Shown: piece by piece, positions 9,019 to 11,092 of the stretch
Numbering within the stretch: position 1 is the stretch's first letter
Layout of the letters: each line of letters begins with the position of its first letter
Assembly (NCBI GenBank): GCA_016748015.1
Contig: JAAOMT010000221.1
Coordinates: 10,255 to 21,346 of the forward strand
From: Geosiphon pyriformis uo1
Taxonomy: Eukaryota > Fungi > Glomeromycota
Direction: 5' to 3'
DNA: 11,092 bases
The notes under the pieces: generated by a model
The model's input: only the letters and a program-made list of their open reading frames with translations
What the model was told of the DNA's origin: nothing
Database searches by the model: none
Made by a program: the position numbers and the translations under genes

Positions 9019-9789
9019 ACTGTAAACTAGCACATTCAAAAATTATAATTAAAATAAATAAAAATTCAATGTGCTTAATAATATTTCAAGCGAAATAAAT
9101 ATAACTAANNNNNNNNNNNNNNNNNNNNAATAATTTTTTATTTGGTGTGTAGATTATTACAAATATAATAAATTAAAAAATATCAAAATTTTGTGTTTAA
9201 TTTTTGAATTAAAAATTAATTTTTTGAATTATTGTATAAACTAGTTTATTTATCTATTATTAAATACTATAAATGATTTTTCTTATTATTAAGTAAAAAT
9301 TATAAATAAGATTTGAAAATATGAAATGTTTTATTAAAAACATAAACATAATTATATTTTTTATTTTTAAACATATATTGATAATACAAGATACCATGTT
9401 TTTAAAAAATAAATAAATCAGAAATTATAACTACAACAAAAGCAAAAGCACCAAAAATCATTATTCGAGAGAATCAAATAGTTGGAATAACTATTAATTA
9501 ATAAAATTCTATTTTTTTTGGTTTATATAACTCAAAAAATAGCCAATGAGAAGTTGTACAAATAAATATCTTTTACTATATTATCAATAAAAATCCTGGC
9601 TAATATTGCTATTGTCTCCTATCTTATGACATATTTGACAATTTAACACTTATACCTTTTTTTTTCTAATTTTATTGTAAATACTAAAAAATATAATAAA
9701 ACCAAATTTTAAAAAAAACATAGCCAATTAATAAAAATTAAAAATTCTAAAATAGTGTATTAANNNNNNNNNNNNNNNNNNNNTTTTAA

Positions 9790-10385
9790 GCAGATGAAAA
9801 CCCTTTCGATTCCATTCTCCGGTAAATTTATCATATACATATATGTCAGACATACTGAAAAAATTATAAACGTTTTCATTAAAGGCTCCACCAAGAACAT
9901 ACATTTTTTCATCACTCAATAAAGTGGCAGTATGCCTTATTATTGGCGCTGGAGAATTATTTTTTGTAAAATTCGTATATTTATTCAATATAGAATCATA
10001 AATTACTAATTCGTTTAGTAAAATTGTACTATTTTTTCCACCAAAAAATAAATTTTTGACTCATTAAAACTAGTTACTGCCAAGTGTTCAAATCTGCGTG
10101 TTAGTAAAAAATTTGGGATCCCCCAAGTTTCAGATGTTGGGTCAAATTTACGCATTGAATTCGGAGGTGGTGGATGTTGAGATGTACGACCACTGAAAAT
10201 AAACATTTCTTTAAATTTGGCACCACCTATACTTGCTGAGTGTGATTCACTCTGATTATATTCAAATTCTCCCAGGGTAGTGAATCTACTGAAAAAGGTA
10301 TTGACATATCAAGCGCTTAGAGTTCTATTGTTGCGTACTCTAATCTGGTTCCATTGGCTGTGATTTTTCTTCCTCCATACATATA
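9790..10385 (-). pseudogene. Kelch-repeat (galactose-oxidase-like beta-propeller) membrane protein, 5' coding segment with about four blades; disrupted
   Basis: Minus strand reads YMYGG...IEL*ALDMSIPFSVDSLPW, then after a frameshift HSASIGG..KEMFIFSG...FDPTSETW...RFEHLAV....KIYF, then after another frameshift GG...NELVIYD...RHTATLLSDEKMYVLGG...DIYVYDKFTGEW. These are Kelch H-x..hydrophobic-GG..YD..W motifs. One stop and two frameshifts; the N-terminus is cut off by the Tc1 element. Confidence 0.85.
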
Positions 10386-11092
10386 CAGTACCCCCAAAAA
10401 GTAATGGTGGGGTAACTCTTGTGGCGCGTAATTTTTATTATGGTCCGATCAGCTATTGTTAAGACATTTTAAGTAATAATTTGTACGCATATACATTCCA
10501 TTCTACTATTTTTATTTTTTAAAACAAAATTGTTTTGATTAATAACGCGTTTTATTTCTTGTAATGAAAAATAATCCTGTAAAATTCAATCGTGAAATCG
10601 TTAAAAGATTTTGGCAACAAAGTTATCGAAGTCCAACTGAAATATCTCGAAAAACTAATGTTCCTCTTCGCTCTTGTGAATGATATATAAGACAACTTCG
10701 TAAAAATGGTCAAATTCAAGCAATTCATCATTCAGATTATTCACGAAAAACTTTACCAAAAATGTGTCACTAGATTGGAAAAATTGTAAATCGAAATCAC
10801 TTTACTACAGCAATTGAAATTAAGGCACAACTTGTAAAAACATATCCTAAAATTGAGATAAGTGAACAGACTATTCACAATGAACTTTTTAGGCTTAATT
10901 ATACAGCTGTTTTACCAAGATGTGTACCTCTATTCACCAAACAAGCCAAACAAAACCGATTAGTATGGGCTCAAGAACATTCTAATTATAATTGGTGCAA
11001 AGTAGTATTTTCAGATGAAACAAATTTACAAATGTTTCGAAATACTTGCTTGGATTGGTCTCATTCAGGTAAACCTATTGCACCAGTGGTAA
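10386..11092 (+). mobile_element. Tc1/mariner (IS630-Tc1-mariner superfamily) DNA transposon, left part
   Basis: TA (10384-10385) is followed by CAGTACCCCCAAAAAGTAATGG, a Tc1-type CAGT terminus, exactly where Kelch homology stops. The transposase starts 178 bp later. The right TIR is outside the window. Confidence 0.85.
10564..11092 (+). pseudogene. Tc1-like transposase, N-terminal half, inactivated (absent from the ORF track)
   Basis: One frame from ATG 10564 with stops TGA 10681 and TAG 10771. Shows HTH1 (PTEISRKTNVPLRSCE*YI), a decayed GRPRK linker (SDYSRK), HTH2 (TAIEIK...ISEQTIHNEL), VPLFTKQAKQNRLVWAQEH and WCKVVFSDE (first catalytic Asp at 11014-11016). Confidence 0.92.

Larger units (their letters stand above)
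4607..9783. other. Five fixed-size assembly gaps (4607-4626, 6336-6355, 8421-8440, 9109-9128, 9764-9783)
   Basis: Each is exactly 20 N, so the size is a placeholder. Adjacency across them is uncertain. Confidence 0.98.

Noticed and set aside
9129-9763. Missing Kelch exons or a small hydrophobic ORF in this contig
   Set aside because: No GG/YD/W pattern found. Very AT-rich and bounded by gaps, so it may be misplaced.
4627-9763. CRISPR array, tRNA/rRNA or organellar DNA in the AT-rich stretches
   Set aside because: No regularly spaced repeats, cloverleaf or conserved RNA/organelle motifs seen.
10386-10460. Apparent in-frame upstream extension of the Kelch gene (NYAPQELPHHYFLGVL) and a splice acceptor
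   Set aside because: This is the reverse complement of the Tc1 terminus, not host gene sequence.

Overview
AT-rich eukaryotic scaffold, probably fungal. The LINE and Kelch-TM motifs resemble what I recall from Glomeromycotina such as Geosiphon; this is recollection, not a search result. It is built from six pieces joined by five 20-N gaps. (1) A decayed, near full-length non-LTR retrotransposon on the + strand (<=1 to ~7664). ORF1 has RRM-like domains, a CCHC knuckle and coiled coils. ORF2 has APE endonuclease, RT, RNase H and a C-terminal CCHC finger, followed by a 3'UTR hairpin and an A/TAA tail. (2) A 1.7-kb AT-rich contig (4627-6335) sits between gaps inside ORF2. It holds a ~97% identical copy (5414-6157) of the LINE's 3' flank (7663-8420) without the LINE, so it looks like an empty insertion site. 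The two copies differ almost only by C:G<->T:A transitions at CpA/CpT, and the direction switches half way along. (3) A minus-strand Kelch-repeat, single-pass membrane protein pseudogene (8602-10385). (4) A Tc1/mariner transposon inserted at a TA inside the first Kelch repeat, running off the right edge. No intact protein-coding gene, RNA gene, CRISPR array or prokaryotic RT system is supported. The best novelty lead is the polarised, RIP-like non-CpG mutation pattern, but an assembly chimera is a serious alternative explanation.
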